NCBI RefSeq assembly: GCF_964194025.1
Contig: NC_134473.1
Span: forward strand, 28,892,001-28,956,000
Length of the DNA stretch: 64,000 bases
Direction of reading: 5' to 3'
Origin: Convolutriloba macropyga
Lineage: Eukaryota
Position numbers and translations under genes: made by a program. This document shows, piece by piece, positions 50,100 through 62,808 of this stretch; positions within the stretch are counted from its first letter, which is position 1, and every line of letters starts with the position of its first letter. The notes below the pieces were generated by a model. That model was not told where the DNA came from. It ran no database searches and saw only the letters and a program-made list of their open reading frames with translations.

Positions 50100-50703
50100 T
50101 AAAAGGAAACAAAAAAGACGCGCTGTTTTTTCAACGCATGAGTTATTATTAGAATTGTAATGTTCATGCTACGCATTCTATGCATGATAATTAAAACAAA
50201 TCCTAGGCATTATAAGTGCAGAGTTTAATCATACTGCTCAGAAAAAGTTAATGTTTTGACTCATTCTGTCAAGAGCAATGGCATTGTTTTAATGCATTCT
50301 ATTCAGTCAAATGACAGATTGAAAGGTAAAAGGAATTATAAACAGTCTATAGAATGTCATGATCAGAACTCTGTACATTTCATAACTCATAATTGAAACA
50401 TGATGATTCAGTACTGAAAAAGCAACGAACCAGGACCCGGGTGAGCAATTTCAAGGTTTTCTTTTACACGTTAAAACATCCCATGCTTTCAATGCCTGAG
50501 AAAAAGAAAAATGACTAAAGAAGTGAAACCAAAGTTTTACGTCACTTTTCATCCCCTTCAGTGATTCAGTACTCGTGCATGCATACTTATAAGATTCTGC
50601 CCCTGCGCTGAATGAATAATAAGGCAGGCCTACTCACTCCAATAAAGAACCAATATAAAATCTACTAAAATATTAATTCCGCTATTCAACTTTAGAAAAA
50701 ATT

Positions 50704-51584
50704 CACAGTATGAGGGGCGCAACCCAATCCAGTCGCTCTGATCAGGCCATCCAGACCAAAATTGTCTCTTATCAGCCAATCCAGACCAAAATTGGCTATG
50801 ACCAGCAGGACTTGAGTCGCGCATTGGGGGTGTCAGACCTACTTGAGTCGTGCACTGGGGTAAGAGACCAACTTCAGTAGCGTACTGGGGTTGCCAGAAC
50901 GACTTGAGACGCGCACTGGTGTGCCAGACCCACTTTCGATCGCGCATTGGCGGCGCCTCGACTGACACTTTTAACTGTTGATGTAGCAGTAGTCATTGGT
51001 ATTAAATAATTTTTTCAGAAACATATACGTCATTTTATTGATATGGTTTACGAGTTCAGTAAAAAACATTAGTTTGAAACAAGAAAAGTCTTCAGTTCAA
51101 GAACATTTATCAAAACTTCGTCTTTGGCGTGGTTCGTTGATATTCATCAAGTAAAATTGGGAAGTGCTCTTCAAAAAATAGTCCCAGGGGGTTTAACTAT
51201 ATCTTCTTTTTTTGGAGGACTGGTCGTTTTTGCGGCTGGAACTCTTGGTTGTAATTAGACTTTCCAGAATCTGGAAAATTTTTAGATCAGACCGTACAGA
51301 CTATCGAAAGAGCTCTGCTCAAACTATCCAGACCATACCACAAAATTAAGACTGTAAACCACGTTATGATCAGACTATTTAGACTCTGGGCGGGGCTCTG
51401 ATCAGATTGTCCAGATGGAAAGTAGTGCCCTGATTTGACCGCGCACTCAGGATGGTGTCTTGATCAGACTATCCAGACCGTAGACAGTGATGCCAGACTC
51501 CGTTGAGTGGTCGCGCTTTACGCCCCATGCTCGACCCAAGTCGGTTTGATCAGGCGTGGCCTGGGTCCTGCACCTCATCCAGGG
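50704..51584. mobile_element. Degenerate CCC-ended DNA transposon with ~30 bp CAGAC-rich subterminal repeats
   Basis: Right end GGGTCCTGCACCTCATCCAGGG; degenerate left end CACAGTATGAGGGGCGCAACCC; 30-bp repeats at 50735-50950 and GATCAGAC motifs at 51280-51490. Confidence 0.55.
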
Positions 51585-51967
51585 TTTCGACAACCTTATG
51601 GCTAAGATTTTGGTTTTGTCTTGCTAGTTTTCTTTGATTTAAGGTCCTCAAAACGGGTCAAATCAAAGAGGACCTTAAATCAAAGAAAACTAGCAAGACA
51701 AAACCAAAATCTTAGCCATAAGGTTGTCGGAACCCTGGATGAGGTGCAGGACCCAGGCCACGCCTGATCAAACCGACTTGGGTCGAGCATGGGGCGTAAA
51801 GCGCGACCACTCAACAGAGTCTGGCATCACTGTCTACGGTCTGGATAGTCTGATCAAGACACCATCCTGAGTGCGCGGTCAAATCAGGGCACTACTTTCC
51901 ATCTGGACAATCTGATCAGAGCCCCGCCCAGAGTCTAAATAGTCTGATCATAACGTGGTTTACAGTC
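51350..51967. repeat. Near-perfect palindrome, 300 bp arms, 18 bp spacer
   Basis: 51350-51649 is the reverse complement of 51668-51967 with about 2 mismatches; spacer AAAACGGGTCAAATCAAA. Confidence 0.95.
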
Positions 51968-52581
51968 ACCAAAAAAGGAACCACAGGAGCCTTTGTGAGT
52001 TGAATAATGGTAAGTAGGGTGATATGGTTCGCTCAAGTTTGGTCAACCAAAACTGACATAAGGTAACTTCAACTTTTTCACACAAGATACCTTTATTTAC
52101 ATCTAACGCACCTCAACTGAACAGGAGAGCTATGATTTGGTTTTCTAAGAACACTCAAGTTTTCAATTTCAAAAAAAAATTGAAAACCAAATCCTCCTCA
52201 TCACAGTTTTGATGCTCTCCAATCATTAATTTATTTCCTTTCACTACTTCCCAGTTATAACTGTTTTCAAAAAACTATGATGCCACCTGATGATTGGAGG
52301 GGAAATTTAGCCATCACACGTGTGTAAAAACTTAGTCATGTTTTTTTCTAAATCAGTAAATTTTTTGTATCATGCTCGTTCTAATTGACAAAGACCTCCA
52401 GTCGCCAAAGAAAATTATTTGCTATCCAAATTTCATTCTTGTTTACAACTTCAATGGCACAGACAGCAGAGGCGAAACTAAAATCTTGCGTATAATCTTA
52501 GCACAAGGACTATGATCTACCCGTTAAAGAAACTTCGGCAGAAAAAAATCCAGATCTCAATGAGAATTTTTACAAAATGAG

Positions 52582-52750
52582 GGATCTTTTCCGTTTGTGC
52601 CCCCGCCCCGGCCAATACGTTTTGCAACCCCCAGTTACAGAGCACGTGTCATTACATAGTAAATCTTTATGTAAAAATATTGCACGTGCGTCGTGGGGGG
52701 GGGAGGGAGGGTGCAAATAAAATGCACCCACTAAGCTGGGGGAGGGGACC
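52582..52750. mobile_element. GGATC-TIR MITE (right TIR degraded)
   Basis: GGATCTTTTCCGTTTGTGCCCC plus the shared core with two GCACGTG motifs. Confidence 0.8.
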
Positions 52751-54391
52751 CAATAACCGAGCCCAACAAACAAGAGTGTGAAACAATCTGTCTCATGTCT
52801 CAGAGTGTCTTAAAGTGGAAATCACTAAAAGTCAAGGTTCCAGAAAAGCAATGCAGATGGCGGGCAATTTAAAATCTATGGAATTGGGAATCATTGGCAA
52901 ACCAGAAGTTGATTCTGTGTCAACTCAGGAAATGTTCAAATCGGAACAGATCAAAGTAAAACAATTGGTTGAGAATCTTCATTAAAACTCTATAATAACT
53001 ATCTTGAGACAATCGGTAGCAAACAGGATCGTTACTAGAATACCTAAAACTGTGAGTTACAATCAGTAATTGGGATACACAAGAGTCTCGGCTGAACAGA
53101 GGAAGACTTGCTGGCTATCACCAGAAAGCGTTCACATTTAAAGCAATGACACCTGATTAGCTTCAGAGTGGTGGAAGAATAAAAATATTGATCTGTGTTT
53201 TCGAAATTTGACAGTCACAGACTTTAGTTTGACCTCTGAGCAGAAGAGAAAGATCAAGTATCGTTTTGAAGAGTTATTTCACAAGGAATGGTGTCAAATA
53301 AGCAATATTTGCATTGTTTCCTCATTTTTATAGCCATCAAAAAATTTGTAACAGCAATTGAAACTCTTGATTACTGTAACATGGAAATCACGGAAACTCT
53401 GTCTGGACAATCACCAAAATTTAGAAACGAAAGGAATGCAAATGGCAGAAATCAAAGCATGTAGGCATTCTTACTGGAATGGGAAATACTCTGAATATAA
53501 GAAAAAAATAGTAACCGTATACAATGGGGTTCTGACTCAGGAGTTTTGTTGGATTCGGACAACTCCTTGGTAGATGGGAATCCACAATTTTTGAATAGGT
53601 TTCACGCCCATTTGCTTATATTCAACTAAAAAAAACTGAAAAATTAACTTTTATCTACTGAAGCTCAGCCAAAAATCCTTACGTTTTAGTCTTCAAATTC
53701 ATAAGTGAACGCTTACTTTGAGTTTAGTTTGATCTGAACAACTTGGTGAGCCGATTTTAGCATGAATTCACAAAAATAGCTTCTGTTGGGGCAGCAAAAA
53801 ATGAATTAGTTTTCTGATGCAGAGACCATAACGAAATACATTTTCTTGAAAATTTTGTTTTATACTTTTTTTTTCAAAGGTGATTCTTCAATATATTTGA
53901 TTTTTCTCATGAACAATAGTTATTGAAAAACAAAAAATTTAAAAAAAAAGCAGTAAAAACGATAGAACATTTTCAGGATTAGCATCCCAAAAAGATAAAA
54001 CATACAATGCTAAAAAACTACCGTTCCTGCTACCAGAGGTGAATTTTCTGGAGAAAATGGACAACTTTTTGGTCAAATTCAACTCATTAACTTCAATTTT
54101 TATATAGTTTTAATAAAAATTTGCATTGAGAGAAAATTATGTTTATTGGTGAAACGGTTTTTAGAGGTAAAATGTATTTCACCAACCTCAACGCACTCAA
54201 CAGTATTCTTACATCTTTTGCTGCCAGCTGTTTCGCGGTTGAATTTGGTGTTTCTCTTAGTGTATATTTTTGTCAAAAATGTTTAAAGTTTCTTAGCAAG
54301 TATGTTCTTAACTGCATGGGTTCATTACCTGAGTTTCAACGTTGTTGAGGCAGTTTTTCGAAAACGCGCTCACAGCGGATAATTTCTTTTT

Positions 54392-54616
54392 NNNNNNNNN
54401 NNNNNNNNNNNNNNNNNNNNNNNNNNNNNNNNNNNNNNNNNNNNNNNNNNNNNNNNNNNNNNNNNNNNNNNNNNNNNNNNNNNNNNNNNNNNNNNNNNNN
54501 NNNNNNNNNNNNNNNNNNNNNNNNNNNNNNNNNNNNNNNNNNNNNNNNNNNNNNNNNNNNNNNNNNNNNNNNNNNNNNNNNNNNNNNNNNNNNNNNNNNN
54601 NNNNNNNNNNNNNNNN
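54392..54616. other. Assembly gap
   Basis: Run of N. Confidence 1.
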
Positions 54617-54785
54617 CATAGTCTAAAAATGTACTATATGGACTCGGTTTATGTTTTCTGGAGAGAACTGTCCGGTCGTCCAAATCCATTAACACGGGTC
54701 AAGAATTCAATATGATGAAATTTAAATTGAATTTTGAACTGAAAATATACAAAAATTAGCTTGTATTTATAGTAGTTTTCTATGC

Positions 54786-55059
54786 GAAAAATATACAGGG
54801 AAAAATAGCTAAAAAAGATTTTAAATGTTTGGCATGTGAATAGATCTTAACTCCGAATCCCGGAGGTGATTATCTAATTTCATCAACATTTCATGAGAAT
54901 CATATAAAGCTTGGGTACAATCGAAAATATGCAGGGAAAATTAGCTAAGAAAGATTTTAAATGTTCGGCATGTGCATAGGTCTTAACTCCGAATCCCGGA
55001 GGTGATTTTCTAATTTCATCAACATTTCATGAGAATCATATAAAGCTTGGGTACAATCG
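54786..55059. repeat. ~137 bp tandem duplication (2 copies)
   Basis: GAAAAATATACAGGG...GGGTACAATCG repeated from 54923 with a few substitutions. Confidence 0.9.
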
Positions 55060-55309
55060 AGTTCATTAAATGGAGGTCGGTGGATGTTAGAATCAGCTTT
55101 TTGTTGGTGGGAGAATTTACTTCTGAGATATGATTGATAGGTCAATAAGATAATAATAGTTCCAAAACAAAATTAGAATTGAGTTTAGTTTTGTGGCCAT
55201 TAATTATCGAAACAGCAGAAAAATTCGTCAGGTAAGTTCTTCTTTCGTTCTTTGAAACTTTAATAAAGAAAACTTCTAAGTTTCTTGATGTTTCTTTGAA
55301 ACCGCCACA

Positions 55310-55326
55310 TCCTCTTTCCTTTTTTA
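55310..55326 (-). promoter_or_regulatory. Polypurine tract preceding the probable 3' LTR (TG at 55309)
   Basis: Minus strand reads AAAAAAGGAAAGAGGA|TGTGGCGG at the end of pol. Confidence 0.7.
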
Positions 55327-58300
55327 AGCAAGTTTGTGGATATAAGTTCTCCAAATCTGTCGGGTTGTTTTCTGTTTCTTGTTGATGTTCGTGAAGGCTC
55401 TGAGGTTTCGGGTTGTTGGTGCTCTGCAGATGAAGTGAAGGTCCCACATCTGTGTTCTGAAGTTGTTTTTCTGATTGAGATATGGTCTCCTCCACTGCTG
55501 GTTGAGTTTTCACATTGTCCTCGTCTAGTCTCGGATTTTGGTTGTCGCTCACTAGAATAGTCTGTGCTAAGTTTTCGGGCTGTATGAAAGATCTTTTCAA
55601 GCCCACCCTGATGATTAAGGTAGCAGGAACTGTCTTTGTCTTTTTGCTGGCCTTTAATAGAATTGGTTCGCACAAGTCGACATCTGCTATTGCTGGTAGT
55701 CTCACTCTGCAATCCAACTGCGTCCCAAGTTCAACTGTAGTTTTGCCCCTCGTCTTTGAAGTGTTGCGATGTGTCATCAGTGCTCTTTGCAGGAATGCTT
55801 CAAATTACACATCAAGATTGGGACTCCACGCTTGAAATGCCCGCTTCACTGTCTGAACTGCTCTTTCAGCTATTTCTTTAGCTCTTGGATGATAGACGGT
55901 TGATTCCATTTTCTTAATTCCCAGTGATTCACACCACTCTTTAAGGTCACCACTTTAAAATTCGAGACCATTATCAGATACTAATGTTTTTGGTATTCCG
56001 AATCTTGGAAAGATTTGACTAAGATATATTTTAACTGTTTCTGATGTTGTTTTTCCCGCGGGAAAGCTTCTATCCAACCAGAACCCGCGTCAACATTTAC
56101 TAAGATATTGCCTTGAGCCTTAACTTAACCCCAGTCCATGTGGAGCCGTACCCAAACGTCGGTTTGTGGCCATGTAGAGACTCTTTTTCCCAGGCTAGGC
56201 TTGTTCATTTCAGAGTTCTTACATTTTTTATCAAAGTGTTGAACGTCTTGGGTAATAACAAGCCACCATGCTATCATTCTGACTGATGTCTCAGTTGCCG
56301 TGATGTGTCTCATGCGCTTTTGCCAAGACCATGTGTCGTAGTTTGGGTGAAATGAAAGGAACAACACCTCTGAAAGTGATTCCATTATGTAAATTAAGTG
56401 CATCTTTGTGTTGTTCGAATCCTTTTTGCCGCTTCTGAAAATTGTTTCCCATTGCGGCCTTTGATTCGTTTCATTATGTCCTGGAAGAGTCTGTTTGTTC
56501 CAAGTTCAGTTTGACTTCTGCTTGGGTAACCGAATCACTCTGGGCGAAGTACATGTTATTGATTTGGAAGCACACTCGATCGTTATCGAATCGTCTGTGT
56601 CAAAATCTATTCTGCTCAAAGCATATTTATGGGTTATCTGCTCTCCTGGTGTTTACTTCAACTCATAGTCGAAACCCATTAGAGCTATTGCCCATCTTGT
56701 GAATCTCGCTGATGCTTTCTTCGGGATCTCCTCGTCTGCTGCAAAGATGTTATTGAGTGATTTTTGGTCAGTCAGTAGGGTAAATCATCTTCCAAGAAGG
56801 AATTGCTTAATTATTGTGACCACAAACACAAACACCAATGCTTCTCGCTCTATGTTCGAAAAGTTTTGCTGCGCTGGAGTCAATTATCTTGATACATATT
56901 TGACTGGATTTCCTTCTTGCGAAAGAACCCTGCCAATGGTTTTTTCGGAGGCGTTAGTAGTAACTGTTGCTTTTTTTTGTAGACTATATGGCTGTACTAG
57001 TGGGTTAGCACATAATTCATTTTTTGTCTTCAAAGGCTTTTTGTTGCATTTTGCCCCATGAGAAATCGCTATTTCTCATGTTATTTAAGGGTAGCTTTTT
57101 GTTGCAAAATTAGGTATCATTCTTCCGTAAAAATTAGCTAGCCCAACAAACGATTCCAGTTGTTTGTTGTTAGTTGGTGCTTTTGCATTTTTTTTATTTT
57201 TTCAACATGTTTGGGATCTGGTGCTATTCCCTCCATTGAAATGGAGTATCCCAAAAAGCTAACGCTATCGACTGGTTTTGAGTTAGATTTTTTCTCACTA
57301 ATAGTAAAATTTTTCTCACGTAGTCGACTCTTGACTGCAAGCATTCTCTTGTGGAACTGCTCCTTGGTAGTTCCATACACCAATACATCGTCTTGAAAGA
57401 TCACAACACCTTTTATTCCTTAGAGTGGTGATTTGAAGCAATTGTAGAAGATTGAAGAAAAGTTTTTTAATCCCTGAGGTAGTCGGCATATCTTGAACAG
57501 TCCCTGAGATATGTTGATTGTGCATATATCTTTTGCTTCTTCGTCAAGTTCAATTTGATAGTAGGCATCTGAGAGATCAGTTTTGCCAAAGTATGAAGCC
57601 CCATGTAGGTTGTGGAAGGTCGTCTCTATGTCTGATATTGGGTAGCCCTCATCCATGACCTTGTCATTGATGTGCACTTTCAAGTCCATGCAAAGTCTCA
57701 ATTCTCCACACTTCTTTCTCTGCCACACAACTGGAAATGCATTTATGACTCCTCCTGGCTGTACCGGTTCAAGGATGCCTTGTCTGAACATTTGTTCCAG
57801 CTTTTTCTGACCTCGTCTTGAAGAGGTATAGGTATTTCTCTGGCTTTGCAGAACGTTGGCTGTGTTCCTAGTATCAGCTTCATTTGAGCTTTGTAACCCT
57901 TCACAGCAGGTAGGTGCTCGGCTGTGATGTTGTTCACGCCGTGTTTGGATAGAAGGTCTCTACCAAGTAGTCAAATTCTTTATCAGACTGCACAACTGCT
58001 AGATGTTTTTGCGTTAGCCTGCTTCCGTTCCACTCAACGTCACAAGTAATTGACCCCAGAAGCGTTAATTGATGACCATCATAAGCTTCGAGATGTCTTA
58101 TCTTACCATCCAGCTGATGTTTACCAAGCTCAGTCCATATTTTTGATGATATAACTGCGCTATCTGCACTTGTGTCTACCTGCATTTTTATCATGTTTTA
58201 TCATGTCACAGACGTGCTAAAGATTTGTTCTTTAGTATAAAACATTCCCATCTCCGATGCTGGAGATGCTTTCTCTGAAGAAACATTTTCTTCTTCGCAA

Positions 58301-58445
58301 AAGTTATTGTGTTTATTGTACTTACCTGAATTTGGTTGGGGTTTGGTTCTATACACTTTTGAGAAGTGTCCACCCTTTTCACAGGTGTTGCCTTTTTACT
58401 GAGCGTTGGACAGGGTCTATTAGAGTGTGGCTTACCTCCACACCT
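55310..58445 (-). mobile_element. Decayed Ty3/Gypsy (Mag-like) gag-pol remnant, 5' truncated
   Basis: In order: double zinc knuckle CGGKPH..RPCP...NTCEKGGHFSKV (58340-58445); protease QVDTSADSAVIS; RT PVVW..K..GELRLCMD, YP, DLSDAYYQIEL, RLPQG, FQDDVLVYG, VSFLGY; RNase H remnants; integrase WVRLHMDWG, VDAGSGWIEAFP, LVSDNG, AERAVQTVK. Many frameshifts. Confidence 0.93.
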
Positions 58446-58639
58446 AATGGAGTAAAAAAATGTTGCATTAGATTCATGAGATCAGTCATTATTAAGAAAG
58501 CAAGTCAAGACGAACAACAATTAAAAAAAACATTAATCACATCCAAAACTTTATGTCCATTTTTAAAAAGAGACTTGCTAACAAGCTCAAAATAGCGTCG
58601 GATAAAGGTGAAACTAAACAAAACAACTTGTATTTCACT

Positions 58640-59640
58640 AGAAAAGATATGAACCACTCAATAAAAAGGCTCGGTAACAATTAGACAAAAAAGAACAAAA
58701 AAACAAATTTGCTTAAATTATTAAAAACAATTAATTTCAAAGTAACGAAAACCATTAGATGGCAATTGAAAACAACCAGTATAAGTATGATCACACGCTC
58801 CTCTATAGGAGGGCATTAAGACCTGTAATCAATTCTTTAACCGGTTACAAAAAGAACAACAAGAGACAACAAAAATAAATTCACCTAAAACTCGCAAGAA
58901 AACATTGTCGAAGCCTTAAAACTATATTTGGCCCCTCAAAATATGTTCAATGGAGCCTTCTCCGAACGCCAAAAATCTGGTATGGGCCTTTTCATTAAAG
59001 AGAATAAGTAACAAGTAAAAAGAGAAAAAGGGCAAAATTAATTAGCATTTTTTTCGAAAACAATTATTTTCGAAGTCATGAAAACCATTAGATATAAAAT
59101 CAAACGATTAAGCAAGTTCATCTATTCATCCAAAAGAAGTGCTTGAGACCTGTCATATGTCAGAATATGTCTTACTTCTACAAAAAGAGAGTTAAAAATA
59201 GACAAAAATCGAAAATTAGTTTACTCTTTATGCAAAAAAACTCGTGTCGAACCCAGTAAATTCATAACGAATTCTTTTTAAAAACATTGGAGTTTGCACG
59301 CTTGGATCTTAACAAGACTATGTAACAAAAAGAGAGAAAACAACAAAAATGAAAATTTAAAGAATGTTGAAAACAGTTTTTTTTGAAAACAATTGTTTTC
59401 AAAGTCATGAAGGCCATCAGCAACCTACTCAAATCAGAACAAAGGCTAATATATTCTTTCATGAAATGCCAATGAGACTTGTGTTTATCCAGGTAACTTC
59501 ATATGACTAAAAAAACAAAGTAAAAATGAAAATTAAAGACAATTTTAAAAAATTAATTTAAAGTCTTCGAGAAAGGGGTGTCGAAGCCGTTAAATCCATA
59601 TGATATGCCTTTCAAGACTTTTATATGTTAAATTGTGCCT
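58640..59640. repeat. Degenerate ~333 bp tandem repeat (~3 units)
   Basis: AAAACAATT..TTTC.AAGT.A.GAA..CCAT at ~58725, 59058 and 59387; GTCGAA.CC..TAAA at ~58907, 59246 and 59579. Confidence 0.65.
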
Positions 59641-61519
59641 TCTGTTGATTGGCAATAATGTGATAATGTGAAAAAACGAGAAGAAAAACGTGAAATTTTG
59701 CCAATGTCTAAAATTAAAAAAAATTGTGATATCGAGTAATATCAAAGACAGAAAACCATAACTTAACGCATAGAACAGCTACAATTTTTTAATATTTAAT
59801 TCAGTAGAAAAAAACTGATGAAAAACTTTTCTCGCTTTGCTGACCATAAGCTATAATTTGACCAAATTATGAGAAAAATTGTGGCGAAGTTCAATAAGCA
59901 ATTGTTCGTTTAAAAAGCAAACATTTTCAAAAGTCAAAACTACCAAAATTTTTCAAGTAAAGACAATAGAAACAATAATTTGGAACTGCTCATTAAGACA
60001 TTCGGACCTATCAACAGTGATCCTTGATGTGGATTGCTATGTTCTTTAATTAACATAAAAAGCTCTTAATTTTTTTTTAAATAACGACTGATTACAATCC
60101 CAACTTTTTTATTGATTGTAACAGTCCAAGATGGTAACAAAACCAACTCCGCTACTGCTGTTCGTCCATTTAGAGCACTCAACTGTTTCGAAGGCTCTAG
60201 ATCTATATAATTTGTTAGTTAAAAGATCAGAAATAAATGCTGCGTTTTTGATTATCATAGAGTAAAGTTAGCAAAAAACGGCAAAATTTTGATTCTAGAC
60301 TACCCTCAATGGAAGTGGAACTACAACTAGCTGTGTTTGTAGTTTACAGGGATTGTGTTTCTCGTTTTTGGTGTGTGTACTTTGGGCAAATTTAATCAAA
60401 GTGGACTAAAGAAGCTTATTTAGGACATTATTTGCTGAAAAGGCTCAATTTTGAAATGTTTAACCAAAATTTTAGCCAGCAAAATTAAATCAAAATAGTC
60501 AACAATACAATTTTGGTTTCTGAAAACAAAATTAACAGTACTATTGTTAACAATTTTTACAATTTTTAGCAAAATTGACGAAATATTAGAGAAAATTCCG
60601 GAAAATGTGAATTAAAACAACGGAAATCCGTCTGTTATTCACAAAACGAAATGCTTTAAAAATCTTTTTAATTCCATATTCCAGGCTAGAGGGGCTTTTT
60701 AATGATACCACTCACAACTCTGTACGATAAGTATATCGATCGGTCAAAATTGACTGAAGAAAAACCATTTGAATATATAGTTCCTCCCCCCTCAAGAGGG
60801 TCGGAACAAAAAATGAGAATTTTTCCTGCAATAAGGTTTAGCATCCAGAATTATGCTCTCAGAGGTTATATGGTTTTTTGAATCAAATTTTTGGCATACG
60901 ACGAAAATGTTAATTATACTCTCGCTATTAATTACTCTCACCAAATCTTTTTGACGCAGAAAACTTGAAGCCACATTTTGCTGCTGTTAAACCATTCTTT
61001 TTGAGTTTCATAATTACTGCACGGGAGAGCAATATAAAGCATCGCGCAACGATCGATTCAATTCGAACATTTTAAAGCAAAAAATATTTAATAAGACAGA
61101 TTGTTCGAAATTCTTTAGTGTTCTAATTCGTGTTTTAGTAGCGCTCCTCTGTAAAATAGGAAACTGTGTTTTAGTGTTCTGCTTTTTCTTTCTGTTCGGA
61201 CCATCTGCCATCCTTGTTTATTCAGAATATGCGATTCCTCCTGCGAAATATTGCTCACGCTTTTATCGAATTAATGCGACTATGAGCAGACATTTCCAGT
61301 ATATGAGTCCAAACTTTAACTTCCATGTGCACAAATAATGTCTTATGATTCAAAGTAGCGCGTTTTTCTTTGAAAAAGCTGCTTTTGTCAATCGAATGAA
61401 AGCATCTTACTTCAAGAATCGAGGAAGAATTTACATTTCAAAATTTTGTGAAATGAAGCATCCAAAATAATAAAAATAATTAAATTCCGCAAAAATACCG
61501 CTAAATTGAACCTCTGTCG

Positions 61520-62110
61520 CTAGGATGAGGTCCGCAACCCAAGATAGAGGTTGGCCACACCGAATTGGGTAGCCGAGAGGGGGTTGATTGGCCATACCCA
61601 CAAAGGGGCATTGACCAGACTTTGACTACCCTTCACCATACCAAACAGACTTTGGTTACCATTGGCCAGAGTGAACAGACTTTTGCTCAGATTTTTGGCC
61701 GGACCAAACAAACCTACGGCCAGATGATTAGCCAGATTTTCTCGAGACGATCCAACAAAAATATGGGATATTGGCTGGATTGAACAGATCAAAATTGTGG
61801 ATATTGGCAAGACAAAGTTTAGGTAAGGGCCAGATCATACAGACCGAAATGTGGATACTAGCCAGATCGATCAGATCAAAATATGAGTATTGGCCAGATC
61901 GATCAGAGCGAAATGTGGGTATTGCAAAGACCGAACAAAGCTAAAACGGGTATTGGCCAGACGGAACAGACCGAACTGTGGGAATTGAACAGCACCAAGC
62001 TGACAAACATAAGGGTTATTGGCCAGATCGAATAGGGCAAAATATGGGCATTGGCCAGATCGAAAAGATCGAAGTATGCGTAGTCTCCAGACTGATAAGA
62101 CGAAAATGTG
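61520..62110. repeat. Degenerate ~31 bp GGCCAGA/CAGAC repeat array, probably the subterminal region of a CMC-like DNA transposon
   Basis: TTGGCCAGATCGATCAGA.C.AAATGTGG.TA units; begins GGATGAGGTCCGCAACCC, similar to the ends of 50704-51584. Confidence 0.55.
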
Positions 62111-62582
62111 TGGTGTTTAAATGTGGGTGGTTGTGTGTTAGGGTGGGTTTGTTAAAAAAATCTTTTATGCTATATAGCTGCGAATGTGACTGCAAAGTAT
62201 TAGTCATTGCCTCATCTCGGTTTTTTGCAAAGACTTTGTTGCAGTTCAAAGATTTGAGGTTGCAGCTTTTATTGATAATCTGTTGTTTTGTAAGATGATA
62301 GCATTTTCTTGAAAGACTCCGAATTCGATAGGAAGTATTTTTTTGCAATTATGTTGAGTCATGGGGAAGCAATGAAGAGCGCGAATAGGCCAGTATGTTT
62401 ATTAGGGTGCCATCTTTCTGCCGACTAATTTTGCCCTAATCGAGTCAGTAACAGCTTTTTTGTTGGAAATCCTGGGTTTAAGCCATTGTTGTTTTTTCCT
62501 CATCAAACAGTGGTTCGGCTTGATAATTTTTGAGTGTTTACAATAAAAAATTTTAGCATTAGTTAAACTTTACAACTTTTAA

Positions 62583-62808
62583 CTGCCCGGCTCGAATTTT
62601 TCCACCCAAAATGATGTAAGAGTGGGGCTGCAATGGGAGGTCTTTTTAAGGAAAATGCAGCCCAACTATTACATCATTTTACCCCCTCTGAACATAATAC
62701 CCCCGCACTCTGACATCAATTTAACCCCATAAAAAATTACCCCCCCCCCCCCAATCTTACAACAAAATGGCAAAATGGGAGGATTTTAGGGAGGACATTC
62801 GACCAGGG
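62583..62808. mobile_element. Possible degenerate MITE
   Basis: Imperfect inverted ends CTGCCCGGCTCGAATTTTTCCACCCAAAAT / ATTTTAGGGAGGACATTCGACCAGGGTG. Confidence 0.35.

Noticed and set aside
54308-54695. ORFs spanning the N run
   Set aside because: Artefacts of the assembly gap.
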